64,000 nt of DNA from Dehalococcoidia bacterium (GCA_965249275.1 CBDFLQ010000005.1:672001-736000), one strand, 5' to 3'; counted from the stretch's first letter, positions 29,648 through 41,286 are shown. Numbers and translations are program-made. Notes: a model not told the origin generated them from the sequence alone.

Positions 29648-29918
29648 GACTTGTACTGCCCTTCCCAGTGCCTATAAACGACGTTGGCTTGTCCGTAAGT
29701 TGTAAACATTATATCTCGGAGGCGGCACTGACTGAATTATTTGGGTGGTGGTGGTTGGGGCAAGCGCGTGACGGAATGGCAGTCCGGGGCCTCCTCCCCC
29801 CGCTCGACCCTTCGACGGTGCTCAGGGTGAGCGGCCCCTCGCTGGGGATGGATTTACGCCTGAGGCGCACTTGCAGCCCGATCGGGGGCATGGATGACGG
29901 AGAGGGGGTGGGATTGGG

Positions 29919-31067
29919 CTAGCCGGTGGGGTGGAGGCGTTTGGCGGTGTGGCGTAAGGATTCTGCGAATTGGGAGACCTGCCATCGGCGCACTTCGGGG
30001 GCGTGCATTTCTTCGTCGAGTGTTGAGGGGTTGCGAGCCAGTCTGTCCAGGCTGTCGGCGGGCCATATGAGTGACTGGTCCAGTGACAACTCTTTTGCCT
30101 GAGCTGAGCGCCAGACTTTGAGTTGTTTGAGGTTGGCCATCTGCTCGTGGGATGGCCTCGGGGGGGAGGGTTTTCGGAAGGCGCGCCGGTCCACGGGTTC
30201 AGACGCAATGCCCTTGGCCACCGCCTTGGCTATTGCTTTGCCGTACCGACGCACCCCGAATTGTCCGATTCCCGAGATGCTCTTGAGGTCGGCATTCGGG
30301 TCCTGGGCTATCGCCGCCAGGGCTTGGTCTGGCATGACGCGGAATGTCGGGCGACCCAGCTTGAGCGCCGCAGACTCACGGAAAACGGCCAGCTCACGTA
30401 GTATCGCCAAGCCCCTGCCGTCCAGCCCTGAGTTTCCCTTGATGGATATGAAGGCTCTCTGTGGTTCGTCGGGAGGGGAGTAGCGCACATCCTCGAAGCG
30501 ACGGCACTCCTCTTCGACCCATTGGCTGCGCCCGAGGGCATCGGTGCGGCGGACGAGCTCGTCCGTAAGCCTTTTTAGGTGCAACACGTCGGAAGCGGCG
30601 TATTCCAGGGCCTCATCGGACAGGGGTCTTAGGCCCCAGTCGGCGCGCTGGAGGCGTTTGTGCTTGGCCAGCTTGAGGCCGATGACCTCCTCGGCGACGT
30701 TGCCTAGACCCAGCTTCTCCAGCCCGAGAAACCTTGCCCCGATGGAGGTATCGTAGAGATTGACGATGGTGAGGCCCCATTCCCTGTCGAGCGTACGGAT
30801 GTCGTTATCTCCGCTGTGGAGGATCTTCTTTATCGAAGGGTCATGGAGAATGCGGCCGAGGAGTTCGGCAGTATCGACGGCAAGGGGGTCGACCAGGTAG
30901 CAGCCGGTGTCGGTGGCCATCTGGACGAGGCAGACGCGTTCGGGATAGCGGAAGAAGCCGTTGGACTCGGTGTCGACGCTGACGAAGGGGCTGCGAAGTA
31001 TATCGTTGGTGATGCGTTGCAGGGCGTCGGGGTCTGCGACGTACTCAATATCGGGCCTGGATGGCAT
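29919..31067 (-). CDS. rnd: Ribonuclease D (DEDD exonuclease + HRDC)
   Basis: VDTESN, CLVQ, DTS, QRADWGLRPL, YAASDV. Confidence 0.9.
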   Translation of the reverse strand: MPSRPDIEYVADPDALQRITNDILRSPFVSVDTESNGFFRYPERVCLVQMATDTGCYLVDPLAVDTAELLGRILHDPSIKKILHSGDNDIRTLDREWGLTIVNLYDTSIGARFLGLEKLGLGNVAEEVIGLKLAKHKRLQRADWGLRPLSDEALEYAASDVLHLKRLTDELVRRTDALGRSQWVEEECRRFEDVRYSPPDEPQRAFISIKGNSGLDGRGLAILRELAVFRESAALKLGRPTFRVMPDQALAAIAQDPNADLKSISGIGQFGVRRYGKAIAKAVAKGIASEPVDRRAFRKPSPPRPSHEQMANLKQLKVWRSAQAKELSLDQSLIWPADSLDRLARNPSTLDEEMHAPEVRRWQVSQFAESLRHTAKRLHPTG

Positions 31068-31221
31068 ACTTAAATTCTAGGGCATGGGGCAAGCCCCCGT
31101 TTATTCCCTTTCCAGAACTACGATTTGGGTCGGGGTGAGGGGGCCATTGTTATAATCTGAATGCCTAACCCCCGGAGGTGTAATCCTGGCCCGCGATATC
31201 CATACTTCTCTCTTCTACCGT

Positions 31222-33390
31222 TTGGGCCGTTGGACCTACAGATACCGCTGGCTGGTCATTGTGTTTTGGGTGGTTGTGCTTGCCGGGGTCGGGGTGCTAG
31301 CGCCGAGAGTTGGGACGGTGCTTACGTCGGGGTTTGGGGAGCAGGATACCGAGGCTCGGCAGGCTTTCCAGATCCTCGAAGAGGAAGGCATCCTCAACGA
31401 GGCCGTAATCATCCTGGTCTTGTCCCACGATAGCCTCACCGTACAAGACCTCGTCTATGAAGCACAAGCCCAGACCGTTCTCTCCGCAGTGGGCCGTTAT
31501 CAGGGTGTAGCCAGGGTCGACAGCTTCTTCGCGACGGGCAACACGAACCTGGTCTCACCCGATGGGCGAACCACCTTCGCCATTGCCGGATTGGACATTC
31601 CATTGGATGACGTGCTCGACGAGGTGCCGAAAATCCGGGACTCGATTCCTGATGTCGAACTGGATGTTTGGGTAACCGGGGGCTCGGCGATCTTTTCGGA
31701 CATCAACGAGTACACGGGCCGGGACCTCAGGCGCGCGGAAATCATCACCTTCCCGGTGGTGGCGCTGGTCCTCCTGCTCATCTTCAGGACAGTGGTCTCG
31801 GTAGCTGCGCCCATAGCCATCGGGGCGATGGGACTCGGGATCACGTTGGCGGTTATCTACTTGCTGGGACTCGTGACTCCGATGTCGGTCTTTGCGATGA
31901 ACACGGCGACTCTGCTGGGGGTAGGCGCTGCCATAGACTACTCGTTGTTGATGGTGAGCAGGTACCGGGAGGAGCTGTCGGATAGAGGTGTGGAGGAAAG
32001 CGTGGCGGTGACGGTGGCGACTGCGGGGAGGGCGATACTCTTTTCGGGGATTACGACGGCCCTGGGGCTTATGGGCTTGCTCATATTCGAGCTATCGATG
32101 CTGAGGTCGATCGGGATTGGGGGGATGGTGGTGATTGCGGCGTCGGTGGTGGTGGCGCTCACGTTGGTGCCGGCGCTGTTGTCGGTGATCGGGAGGCGGA
32201 TAGACGCGTTGCCCATCCTGCCCGAGCGCCTATATCGTAACGGCCGGTTCTGGAGAACCCTGGCGTCGTGGGTCATACGACGTCCACTGCTAGTGATGGT
32301 CCCGGTGATTGTAGTGCTACTGGCTTTGGGAATCCCGTTCCTGCAGGTGAAGCTGGGTATCCCGTGGGCCAGCGTTCTGCCTGAGGAGGCGGAGTCGAGG
32401 CAGGGGTGGGATAAGGTATCAGAGGAGTTTGGGGAAGGGGCACTTGTACCGATACTGGTTGCGGCCCGGTTCGAGGAAGAAGTAGTTAACCCGGACAATG
32501 TAGCCGCGCTCCACCGGTATTCTCAGATGGCAAGGGAACTTCCGGGCGTGACGAGGGTAGAGGGCATCGTGGATGTCGGGCCCGGGTGGACGGTGGAGCA
32601 GTATCAGGCCCTGTACGCAAGCGCAGAGGCAAGGGGGTCTCCGGAGTTGGCCTCGGCGCTGGAGGAGTTTGGCGGTGGCCGGGTCACGATGGTCAGCATC
32701 TACACCGTCTACGAGATGAACTCGGAGGAGGCGCGTGACACGGTGCGGAGCCTTCGGGCATACGAGGGAGAAGGAGAGTTCCTGGTGTCGGGGGCGACGG
32801 CCAGCTTAATGGATGCGGTTGACGCCATGTACGACGCCTTCCCGTGGGCCCTTGTGCTGGTGACGGTCTCGGTATACATCGTATTGGCCGTGCTGTTCAG
32901 GTCTGTGGTTATCCCGTTGAAGGCGCTTGTTATGAACGGCATGAGCGTGTTCGCCAGCTACGGGGCACTGGTGTTCATCTTCCAGCAGGGGCACCTGGAG
33001 GGGCTGCTGAACTTCACGTCGACGGGGTTTCTGGAGGCGACCATCCCCATCCTCCTATTCACGATCCTGTTTGGCCTCTCCATGGACTACGAGGTGTTTC
33101 TGCTGACACGTATCAAGGAGATTTACGATGAGTCGGGGGACAACGCGTCCAGCGTAGCATTGGGTTTGGAGAAGACGGGTCGGATAATAACGAGTGCGGC
33201 TTTGGTGTTAATACTGGTCGCGGGGTCGTTCACGTTTGGGGACATCATAATCATCAAGGCGCTGGGGCTGGGGATTGCGCTGGCGATATTCCTCGACAGC
33301 ACGGTGGTGAGGGCTTTGCTGGTGCCGTCGCTGATGAAGGTGCTGGGGGACTTGAACTGGTGGGCACCGGGGTGGATGAGGAGGGGGTAG
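31222..33390 (+). CDS. MMPL (RND) family transporter
   Basis: IDYSLLMVSRYREEL, TAGRAILFSG, FGLSMDYEVFLLTRIKE, TGRIITSAA. Confidence 0.93.
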   Translation: MGRWTYRYRWLVIVFWVVVLAGVGVLAPRVGTVLTSGFGEQDTEARQAFQILEEEGILNEAVIILVLSHDSLTVQDLVYEAQAQTVLSAVGRYQGVARVDSFFATGNTNLVSPDGRTTFAIAGLDIPLDDVLDEVPKIRDSIPDVELDVWVTGGSAIFSDINEYTGRDLRRAEIITFPVVALVLLLIFRTVVSVAAPIAIGAMGLGITLAVIYLLGLVTPMSVFAMNTATLLGVGAAIDYSLLMVSRYREELSDRGVEESVAVTVATAGRAILFSGITTALGLMGLLIFELSMLRSIGIGGMVVIAASVVVALTLVPALLSVIGRRIDALPILPERLYRNGRFWRTLASWVIRRPLLVMVPVIVVLLALGIPFLQVKLGIPWASVLPEEAESRQGWDKVSEEFGEGALVPILVAARFEEEVVNPDNVAALHRYSQMARELPGVTRVEGIVDVGPGWTVEQYQALYASAEARGSPELASALEEFGGGRVTMVSIYTVYEMNSEEARDTVRSLRAYEGEGEFLVSGATASLMDAVDAMYDAFPWALVLVTVSVYIVLAVLFRSVVIPLKALVMNGMSVFASYGALVFIFQQGHLEGLLNFTSTGFLEATIPILLFTILFGLSMDYEVFLLTRIKEIYDESGDNASSVALGLEKTGRIITSAALVLILVAGSFTFGDIIIIKALGLGIALAIFLDSTVVRALLVPSLMKVLGDLNWWAPGWMRRG

Positions 33391-33513
33391 TCCACAGCCA
33401 CACTACATGGAATGATCTTCCAGATGTCCTGACGAGGGATTGACTAGGCCGTACTTCGTGAGCAGGTTCGGGCGCTGGAATGATTAAGCGGGTGCAGGCC
33501 ACCTGGTCCAAGA

Positions 33514-33771
33514 CTAGGCCAATGTGGACGAACGAACCAATAGAATAGACGTAAGGGTACAGTTAGAAGGCACTTCTACGTCTTCGGATGAACTGGGAGT
33601 AGCCAGTGGAAGGCCATCTCTCTCTGACTCGATGGCATAGTCTCGGAGGGCTTCCTCGGCGTTCTGGACAACTTGGTCGGGCGTGTCTCCCATGGCCACT
33701 ATTCCGGGCAGGTCCGGGAATACAATGCCGTAATCGTCTCCCCCGCCTTCGATAATTGCCAGATACCTCAT
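33514..33771 (-). CDS. HicB-like antitoxin (no adjacent HicA)
   Basis: YGIVFPDLPG..AMGDT..NAEEAL. Confidence 0.8.
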   Translation of the reverse strand: MRYLAIIEGGGDDYGIVFPDLPGIVAMGDTPDQVVQNAEEALRDYAIESERDGLPLATPSSSEDVEVPSNCTLTSILLVRSSTLA

Positions 33772-33795
33772 CTATGCAATTCCAGCGAAAGGGGA

Positions 33796-34179
33796 TTACT
33801 GTCCATTCTTGGAGGGTTTCTCCGCGGGTGAGGGTTCGTCAAAAGGTTCACCGGATGCTAAGGCTTCCTCCCGGCGTTCCATCCACGACATCCATTCCCT
33901 GTCACGCTCTGCTTCTCCCTTTTGCTTCCCTTCCTGAAAGCGCCTCTTGGCATATTTTTCATACAGCATTCCAGCTCCCTCCACAGAGGCATATATGGTC
34001 AAACTCAAGGTTACAAGAACCGCTGCCATCCGCTCCAGTACGGATAGCAGTGCGCTCAACACTCCTACCGTTTCGCCATCCGTTGCCTCATGCCAAATCA
34101 CTAAACCGAGACAGGTCAGGGAAATCATAATAAACAGACCCAGACCCAATCCCTCTCGGGACTTGTCCAAGTCACCCAA
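33796..34179 (-). CDS. Hypothetical small membrane protein
   Basis: Two hydrophobic segments plus a charged tail EGKQKGEAERDREW..W..RR..GEPFDEP. Confidence 0.6.
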   Translation of the reverse strand: MGDLDKSREGLGLGLFIMISLTCLGLVIWHEATDGETVGVLSALLSVLERMAAVLVTLSLTIYASVEGAGMLYEKYAKRRFQEGKQKGEAERDREWMSWMERREEALASGEPFDEPSPAEKPSKNGQ

Positions 34180-34222
34180 TCTTAGTATAAACCCGTCATT
34201 CTACCCATAGCTGGAGTCCTGG

Positions 34223-34912
34223 CTACCCCAGGCCCGAGATGAACTCTTCGATGGCGGGGTTGACGATGTCGGGGCGTTCGAGGAGAACGCTGTGGGTTGC
34301 ACCTTCTATGATGACGGTGCGGCAGTTGTCCAGGTTCTTTTCCAGGTATTTGGAATAGACAACGGGAGTCATGACGTCTTCGGTGCCGCAAATGGCGAGG
34401 GTCGGTAGCTTGATCTCCGAGACACGGTCCATGATGTCGAACTGGTCGCAGGCAGTCATGTCGTTGTAGGCGACTGCGGGGCCGACTTCCAACTTCTCAC
34501 GGGTAACGATTTCCCGGACCTCGGGAGTGTAGTCGGCAGCACCGTCGATGGCGGCCTGGTTCCACGGTCCGGGGTCCCTGATGCCTTCCTGATCTTCGGC
34601 GAGGTAAGCGGGGTGAACGCGGAGGCGCGCGCCGCTGCCGATGGTGATGATGCCCTTAAGCTCATCGGGATAGTTGACGGCGTACTGCAGGGTGATGCCG
34701 CCACCCATGGAGTGGCCGCAGAGGACCACATCCTCGTAGCCCTTGCCCCAGATGTAGCCTCGGAGCCATTCGGCGTAGGCGGGGATGGTCTTGCAGGGGG
34801 TGCCCTCTGGGTGGCCGGGTAGGGCGACGGCTTCGGAGCCTTCGAAGTGGCGAGTCTGGTAGTAGTAGGACTGGGGCGAACCGCCGGCCCCGTGGATGAA
34901 TATCAGCTTCAT
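34223..34912 (-). CDS. Alpha/beta hydrolase
   Basis: FIHGAGG, LPGH, GHSMGG, GTEDVMTP, GATH. Confidence 0.9.
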   Translation of the reverse strand: MKLIFIHGAGGSPQSYYYQTRHFEGSEAVALPGHPEGTPCKTIPAYAEWLRGYIWGKGYEDVVLCGHSMGGGITLQYAVNYPDELKGIITIGSGARLRVHPAYLAEDQEGIRDPGPWNQAAIDGAADYTPEVREIVTREKLEVGPAVAYNDMTACDQFDIMDRVSEIKLPTLAICGTEDVMTPVVYSKYLEKNLDNCRTVIIEGATHSVLLERPDIVNPAIEEFISGLG

Positions 34913-34922
34913 TGTTTTTCCT

Positions 34923-37403
34923 CTACTTAGACGGGATGTGGCCGTTGGAGCCAGCCCCGTTGACCTGTTCGGTCTGGCCTTCGGAGCAGGCAAGAGAGGC
35001 GACGCTGTCGCCTGTGTCGGGCTTCATGATGTTCACTCCCTGGGTGATTCGGCTCAGCACGCGGATCTCCTTCAACATGGTGCGGAATACCGTCCCCTGT
35101 TCGGATATGACCATCAGTTCGTGGGCCCGGTTCACGACCATGGCTGCCACCAACGGCCCGGACTTTTCAGTCACCTTAAACCACAACACTCCCGTTCCGC
35201 CGCGTTTCTGAGCATGATGCGAATCGAGACGTGTCAGCTTGCCGACTCCGTTTATGGACATCACTATGAGGTGATGATCGGCAAGGACAAGGTCCATTGC
35301 AATGGCCTCGTCCCGGCCTTGCAGCTTTATGCCTCGGACGCCACCACTGCCTCGGGAGGCGCTGCGCAGCAGTCCGACGTTGGCCATCAGAGCCTGGCCC
35401 AGCTTGGTGATGATGATGTAATCGTCTTCATCGGTGGCTAGCGTTGCAGATACGAGCTCGTCTCCTGGCTCCAAGGAGAATGCCTTCAGACCGTTGCTGC
35501 GGATATTGGCGAAGGCCTCAAGCGGAGTCTTCTTGATCTCGCCGCCTCGGCTGGCCATGAGTATGTAACCCCCGGCCTCGAAGTCCTTCACCTGGATGGG
35601 GGCGGTGATCATTTCGCCCGGCTCCATGTTAATCAGGTTGTTGACGTGCAGTCCCTTGGCGGTGCGGGATTGGGCGGGGGGGACCCTATGGCACTTGATG
35701 GATGTGACCCGGCCCTTGTTGGTGAAGAACAGGAGGATGTCGTGGGTGTCGGCGAGCATCATGTTCTGCACTACATCGTCGCCGCGGGTCTCCATGCCGG
35801 CGACACCCCGTCCACCGCGTCTCTGGACACGGTAGGTCTCCTTGGGCATGCGCTTGACGTAGCCGCCGTGACTCAGGGTCACGACGACTTCCTGATGGGG
35901 TATGAGGTCCTCGTTGGTGAAGGCGCCGGCTTCCTCATCGATGATTACGGTGCGGCGGGGGTCGGCGTACTTGGCTTTTATCTCCAGCACGTCGTCCCTG
36001 ATGAGGAACATGACCTTGCGGGGGTTATCCAGCAGGTCTTCGAGGTAGTTGATCTTCTTTATGGTGTCGGCGTATTCCTCGTCGATCTTCTGGCGCTCGA
36101 GCTGGGCAATTCGGCGCAACTGCATGTCGAGGATGGCCTGAGCCTGGACCTGGGTCAGGTTGAAGAACTGGATCAAGTTGGTGCGGGCGTCCTCGACGGT
36201 CGGAGACTGGCGGATTGTGGCGATTATGGCATCCAAGTTGTCGAGGGCGATCTTGAAGCCCTCCAGGATGTGAGCCCGCTCCCGAGCCTTGCGCAGCTCA
36301 AAGCGGGAGCGCCTGACTATGACTTCCCGCCGGAAGTCGATGAAGCTCTCCAGGGCGGACTTCAGGCCGATGACGCGAGGGGCGCCGTCCACCAGGGCGA
36401 GCATGTTGATGAAATAGGAGGACTGCATCGGGGTGTTCTGGTAGAGGTTGTTGAGCACCACGTCCGGGTACTGGTCCTTTCGGAGCTCGATGACCACCCG
36501 TAGGCCTTCGCGGTCCGACTCGTCTCGTATCTCGGTAATGCCCTCGATGCGGCGGTCCCGGACGAGGTCGGCGATTTTTTCGACGAGGGACGCCTTGTTG
36601 AGCTGAAAGGGAAGCTCGGTGACGATAATCTGACTGCGTTTGCCCTTATTGGTCTCTACGATGTCGGCCTTGGCGCGAACTATGATCTTGCCGCGGCCGG
36701 TGGTGTAGGCGTTGCGGATACCCTCCCGGCCCCAGATCTCGGCGCGGGTGGGGAAGTCGGGGCCGTGGACGCTATCCATAAGGTCGTCGATGGAGGTGTC
36801 TGGGTCGTCGATGAGCTTGACTAGGGCGTCGCACAGCTCGCCGAGATTGTGGGGCGGGATGTTGGTAGCCATACCGACGGCGATGCCGGAACTTCCGTTC
36901 ATAAGGAGGCTGGGGATCCGTGCGGGCAGAACAGTGGGTTCGCTGAGGCTGTCGTCGAAATTGGGCGTGAAGTCGACGGTCTCCATGTCGATGTCGGCTA
37001 GCATCTCGGTGGCGACCTGGGCTAGGCGGGCCTCGGTGTATCGCATGGCTGCGGGTGGGTCGTTGTCGACGCTGCCGAAGTTGCCTTGCCCGTCGACGAG
37101 CATGTAGCGCATGGAGAATTCCTGGGCCATGCGGACCATAGCATCGTAAACGGGGCTGTCGCTGTGGGGGTGGTATTTACCGAGGACCTCACCGACGATA
37201 CGAGCGCTCTTCTTGTAGGCGCTGTTGGGGTTGAGGTGGAGGTCGTTCATGGCGTAGAGAATGCGGCGGTGGACGGGTTTCAGGCCGTCGCGCACGTCTG
37301 GGAGGGCCCGGGACACGATGACGCTCATCGCGTAGTCCAGGTAAGAGCCCCGCATCTCGTCTTCGATTTTGATAGGCCTGATTTTTCCGATGTCGGTTAC
37401 CAT
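34923..37403 (-). CDS. gyrA: DNA gyrase subunit A
   Basis: [31 protein letters not shown], GyrA box QRRGGRG. Confidence 0.97.
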   Translation of the reverse strand: MVTDIGKIRPIKIEDEMRGSYLDYAMSVIVSRALPDVRDGLKPVHRRILYAMNDLHLNPNSAYKKSARIVGEVLGKYHPHSDSPVYDAMVRMAQEFSMRYMLVDGQGNFGSVDNDPPAAMRYTEARLAQVATEMLADIDMETVDFTPNFDDSLSEPTVLPARIPSLLMNGSSGIAVGMATNIPPHNLGELCDALVKLIDDPDTSIDDLMDSVHGPDFPTRAEIWGREGIRNAYTTGRGKIIVRAKADIVETNKGKRSQIIVTELPFQLNKASLVEKIADLVRDRRIEGITEIRDESDREGLRVVIELRKDQYPDVVLNNLYQNTPMQSSYFINMLALVDGAPRVIGLKSALESFIDFRREVIVRRSRFELRKARERAHILEGFKIALDNLDAIIATIRQSPTVEDARTNLIQFFNLTQVQAQAILDMQLRRIAQLERQKIDEEYADTIKKINYLEDLLDNPRKVMFLIRDDVLEIKAKYADPRRTVIIDEEAGAFTNEDLIPHQEVVVTLSHGGYVKRMPKETYRVQRRGGRGVAGMETRGDDVVQNMMLADTHDILLFFTNKGRVTSIKCHRVPPAQSRTAKGLHVNNLINMEPGEMITAPIQVKDFEAGGYILMASRGGEIKKTPLEAFANIRSNGLKAFSLEPGDELVSATLATDEDDYIIITKLGQALMANVGLLRSASRGSGGVRGIKLQGRDEAIAMDLVLADHHLIVMSINGVGKLTRLDSHHAQKRGGTGVLWFKVTEKSGPLVAAMVVNRAHELMVISEQGTVFRTMLKEIRVLSRITQGVNIMKPDTGDSVASLACSEGQTEQVNGAGSNGHIPSK

Positions 37404-37412
37404 CGTAGACCT

Positions 37413-38096
37413 CTAGACGGTGATACTGGAGAACCTTTCTGCGGCCTCGGCGAGGGCGTGGAACAGGTTCAGGTTTTTGGGGTGGTTTTCGGACTCTCTT
37501 TCGGGGTGCCACTGGACTCCGAAAACCCAAGTGTGGGAAAGGGACTCCACGGCCTCTATCAGGTCGCCATCAAGGACGTAGGCGGAGGCCAGGAGGCCGG
37601 GGGCCTTCTGGAACTGGGTGAATCCCTGGTGATGCCTGCTGTTGACACGTAGAATCGGGGCGCCACCGAAGATCGCGCCCAGGCGGCTGCCGGGGGCCAC
37701 GTACACGTCGTGGAACACGGACTTGACCAAGTCGGGCGAGCGATGTCCTTTGATTTTCCGGGTCAGTTTGCCGCCCATCACGACGTTCAGGGCCTCCATG
37801 CCTCGGCATACGCCGAATACGGGCATATCCCGCTTCAATGCTTCTTTCAGCAGGGGCAATTCGAAGGCGTCCCGTTCCTTGTCGGGGGTCGCGTCAAGGA
37901 AGGGTTCTTCGTAGTAGTGCGGATCGATATCTTCGCCGCCGGACAGGAGGAGACCATCAACGCTATCGAGGATAGAAGGGAAGTTAACGTCGGGATCGGG
38001 GCGGAGGATTATGGGCTCAGCGCCGACTTTCTCCAAGACCCTTATGTATCGGGCCCCTTTGGCTTTCCTGGATGCGGTTATACCTACTATCGGCAT
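37413..38096 (-). CDS. Class I glutamine amidotransferase, peptidase C26/PuuD-like
   Basis: LSGGEDIDP, GVCRGM, VNSRHHQ, GVQWHPE. Confidence 0.88.
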   Translation of the reverse strand: MPIVGITASRKAKGARYIRVLEKVGAEPIILRPDPDVNFPSILDSVDGLLLSGGEDIDPHYYEEPFLDATPDKERDAFELPLLKEALKRDMPVFGVCRGMEALNVVMGGKLTRKIKGHRSPDLVKSVFHDVYVAPGSRLGAIFGGAPILRVNSRHHQGFTQFQKAPGLLASAYVLDGDLIEAVESLSHTWVFGVQWHPERESENHPKNLNLFHALAEAAERFSSITV

Positions 38097-38242
38097 GTGG
38101 GAAACGAGGTCTTGACGGACGGGTCAAGGTAACTGAAGTGAAGCGTAGAAAACCTTCACTTCAGGCACGAACATAGTATCATTTTCCAGGCAATTAGGCA
38201 ACATAATGTACTAGTTCGGCACGTCAGGGGCAGGCAAGGGCC

Positions 38243-38915
38243 TTTATTCGGTTGTGGGTTGGATTTTGGTTCTTATTTGGGAGGGTTTGGCGATGGAAGA
38301 CGCTGGCTGGACGCTGTCCCCGTTCATGTGCTTCGGGTGTTCCGACGCCCCGGGGCGAGGGCGCCGGCCCGACTACGGCGGACTAAAGCCGCCTGCCGCT
38401 GCTGCGGCCTGTGGCCCTGCATACGCTGGACATGGGCAGGGACCTTCAGGGCCAGCAGGTCCGAGCCCGACTCCGAGGGTTGGCTGCACCGCTATAGGGC
38501 GGCAAGGAGGCCCGTCCAGCGTCCGATGCCGGGCCTCTGCAGGCGTAGTGTGTTCAAGTTTGCCGGTGCGACCCGGAGCGCGTAGACCACCGGCTCCCGG
38601 CTTCATTAAGCGGAGGGGGTACCGAGAGGGCCTCGGCGCCGGGCCTATCCGACCGCTATTCCGCTCGAAGGAGCGGCTTCTCCGTAAGGAGCTTCACATG
38701 GAACTTAACGAACCAGGGCGTCTTTCCATCGCCTGGGGGTCAGGGAAGGGGCACGGGACCTGATGGGATGAGGAGATGGCGGCGTTTGCTTGAGCCGCAG
38801 GCCGCGGGACGGCCATTGGGATGGGCTTGGACGTTGAGTCCTCGGATGGGTCGGGTGGGCTTCCCTGGGTTTTTGGTTCCTCCTTGAGATAGTTAGGTTA
38901 GTGTTCGAACGGTGG
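38243..38915 (-). ncRNA. Putative structured ncRNA, copy A
   Basis: Homologous to 43890-44535; IR arms 38289-38303 and 38717-38733; no conserved ORF. Confidence 0.55.
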
Positions 38916-38917
38916 GG

Positions 38918-38962
38918 AGAATAGCACGAATGTTCATCTAAGGTCAAGGGGGTTGGTGTCAC
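38918..38962 (-). promoter_or_regulatory. sigma70 promoter with LexA-like box (TTGACC-N18-TATTCT; GAACattcGTGC)
   Basis: Same architecture as 43846-43889 and 63537-63580. Confidence 0.7.
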
Positions 38963-39029
38963 TCCTATTGAGGAAGGCGACCGGCCGGTCGTACCTACGG
39001 AAGTGGGGTGAGGTTGTATAATTGTCTGT

Positions 39030-40361
39030 ATGGCGGCGTTTAGGTGGGTAAGGCTGTTTCTCGGGGTGGCGATGTTGGTTGCAGGGCTGACGTTGCTGCT
39101 TAGTCCCGCCCTCGCCCAAAATTCGGAAGAGCAAGTCTACGTACTCACCTACGACGGAGATATAGGCCCAAACGCGGAGCGGTATTTTTCTCGCGGCATC
39201 GAGATGGCGGAGGTTGATGGGGCGGCGTTGGTCGTCATCAAGCTGGACACGCCGGGGGGGTCGCTTTCCTCCACTGAGAAGATTGTGGAGAGGCTGCTCG
39301 GGGCGGAGGTGCCCGTGGCGGTGTACGTCTATCCACCTGGCGCCTTTGCGGCCTCGGCGGGGACGTTTGTCACGGCGGCGGCTAACTTTGCGGTGATGGC
39401 TGAGGGCACGTCCATCGGGGCGGCTTCGCCGGTCGCCGCGGACGGAGAAGACCTGCCCGATACACTATCCGAAAAGGCCATCAACATAACCGTAGCTATG
39501 GCCGAGGGCATCGCAGAGAAACGAGGCCGCGACAAGGAAGCCCTGACCAAGACGATCACGGAGTCGGAGGCGTACACGGCGTCAGTGGCGGTGGAAGTCG
39601 GGTTAGTAGATTTCGTGGCTGTGAACATACAAGACTTGCTTGAACAGCTGGACGGAAGGGAGACGGAGACGGCGTTAGGAACGGTTACGATGCGGACCGC
39701 GGGGCTGGTGGAGCGTGAGGTCGATAGGAACCTCGCTGAGAAGTTCTTCTCGTTCGTCGCAAATCCGAACGTTATAGGTCTACTCCTGACGTTTGGCTCA
39801 ATAGGCCTCTTTGTGGAGCTTCTGAACCCGGGGCTGATCGTTCCCGGGGTCGTTGGGGCGCTGGCGTTAATCGTAGGGCTGGTGGCTCTTGGGGCGCTCC
39901 CGTTCAACTGGGCGGGTGTGGTGCTGCTGGGCCTGGCAGCCATACTGATCTTCCTGGAGATACAGGTTCCGGGGATAGGGTTCCTGGGGGTGGGGGGAGT
40001 GATCGCGTTCGTGCTGGGGGCGCTGCTGCTATTCTCGGTTGGGGAGCCGGACTGGCCGGGGGCCCCGGTGCTCAGGATCAGTTTCTGGCTCGTGGCCATA
40101 CTCTCCGGGATGATGGCGGTATTTGCCCTGGTGATCGTAGGGGCGGTGGTAAGGACGCGAAAGCTGAAATATGCCTCGAGTGTGGAGCTACTTATCGGGC
40201 AGACGGGACAAGTGCTCTCGGAGTTGAACCCCGTGGGGAACGTGCAGCTGAAAAGCGAGACGTGGAGCGCGGTGTCGTCGGGGGAGGGGTCAATAGGGGT
40301 GGGTGATAAGGTGGAAGTGGTCGAAGTCGACGGTCTGACTATCAAAGTCCGCAAGGCGTGA
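39030..40361 (+). CDS. nfeD: NfeD family membrane-bound serine protease
   Basis: LDTPGG, AASAG, SIGAASP, C-terminal OB domain; precedes an SPFH gene. Confidence 0.9.
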   Translation: MAAFRWVRLFLGVAMLVAGLTLLLSPALAQNSEEQVYVLTYDGDIGPNAERYFSRGIEMAEVDGAALVVIKLDTPGGSLSSTEKIVERLLGAEVPVAVYVYPPGAFAASAGTFVTAAANFAVMAEGTSIGAASPVAADGEDLPDTLSEKAINITVAMAEGIAEKRGRDKEALTKTITESEAYTASVAVEVGLVDFVAVNIQDLLEQLDGRETETALGTVTMRTAGLVEREVDRNLAEKFFSFVANPNVIGLLLTFGSIGLFVELLNPGLIVPGVVGALALIVGLVALGALPFNWAGVVLLGLAAILIFLEIQVPGIGFLGVGGVIAFVLGALLLFSVGEPDWPGAPVLRISFWLVAILSGMMAVFALVIVGAVVRTRKLKYASSVELLIGQTGQVLSELNPVGNVQLKSETWSAVSSGEGSIGVGDKVEVVEVDGLTIKVRKA

Positions 40362-40379
40362 ATTAGAAAGGAGCCTTAA

Positions 40380-41258
40380 ATGGCGACACCGGTATTGTTC
40401 CCAGTAATCATCGTAAAGCAGTATGAAAGGATGGTCCCCTTCAGGCTGGGGAAGTTCTACGGGTTGAAGGGCGCGGGTCTGCGGCTCCTGATCCCGTTTA
40501 TAGACAGCTTCCAGAAGGTCGATCTTCGAGAAGACGTAATCGACGTGGCGAGGCAGACCAACATAACCAAGGACAACGCCCCGATAGGCATCGACTTCTT
40601 GATCTACTACAAGGTAGTGGACCATGAGGCAGAGAAGTCGGTCATCGAGGTCCAGGACTTCCGCGCCGCGATTGTAGGTATGGCCACGACAACCCTTAGG
40701 GCCGTAATTGGTGACATCCCCCTGGATGACGTCCTCGCCAAAAGAGAGGAGATCAACATGGTCCTCCGGGTCAAGCTGGATGAAGTCACCAGCCGCTGGG
40801 GCGTGAAGGTGACGGCTGTCGAGATCCGGGAGATCGACCCGCCCACCGAGATCCAGCACGCCATGAACAGGCAGATGGCCGCCGAGCGGGAACGCCGAGC
40901 CGTAGTCACCGAGGCGGACGGCCAGAAAGAGGCCAACATCACAGTCGCAGAGGGACAGAAGCAGGCAGCGATCCTCAATGCCGAGGGCCAGAGGCAGTCA
41001 GAGATACTGAAGGCTGAGGGCAATAGGCAAGCGGCGATTCTCAACGCCGAGGGATTCAGCAATGCGCTGGACCAGATATACAAGGTAGCCCAGGGGGTCG
41101 ATGCGAAGACGATGAGCCTCCAATACTTCGAGACGTTGAAGGAAATTGGGGCCAGCCCCTCCACCAAGTTCATCTTCCCGATGGAGTTCACCAACGTTCT
41201 GAAGCCCTTCATGAACCTGGCCGCCAGCGCCGATGAGGATGCGGCCAACGGGAGGTAG
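40380..41258 (+). CDS. SPFH/stomatin (QmcA-like) protein
   Basis: KVDLRE, ITKDN, TTLRAVIG, WGVKV..VEI, QMAAERERRA. Confidence 0.92.
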   Translation: MATPVLFPVIIVKQYERMVPFRLGKFYGLKGAGLRLLIPFIDSFQKVDLREDVIDVARQTNITKDNAPIGIDFLIYYKVVDHEAEKSVIEVQDFRAAIVGMATTTLRAVIGDIPLDDVLAKREEINMVLRVKLDEVTSRWGVKVTAVEIREIDPPTEIQHAMNRQMAAERERRAVVTEADGQKEANITVAEGQKQAAILNAEGQRQSEILKAEGNRQAAILNAEGFSNALDQIYKVAQGVDAKTMSLQYFETLKEIGASPSTKFIFPMEFTNVLKPFMNLAASADEDAANGR

Positions 41259-41286
41259 GAACGCGGCTGGGGAGTAGACCTATTAT

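Noticed and set aside
38254-38763. 169 aa and other ORFs over elements A and B
   Set aside because: Not conserved between the homologous copies; indels break the frames
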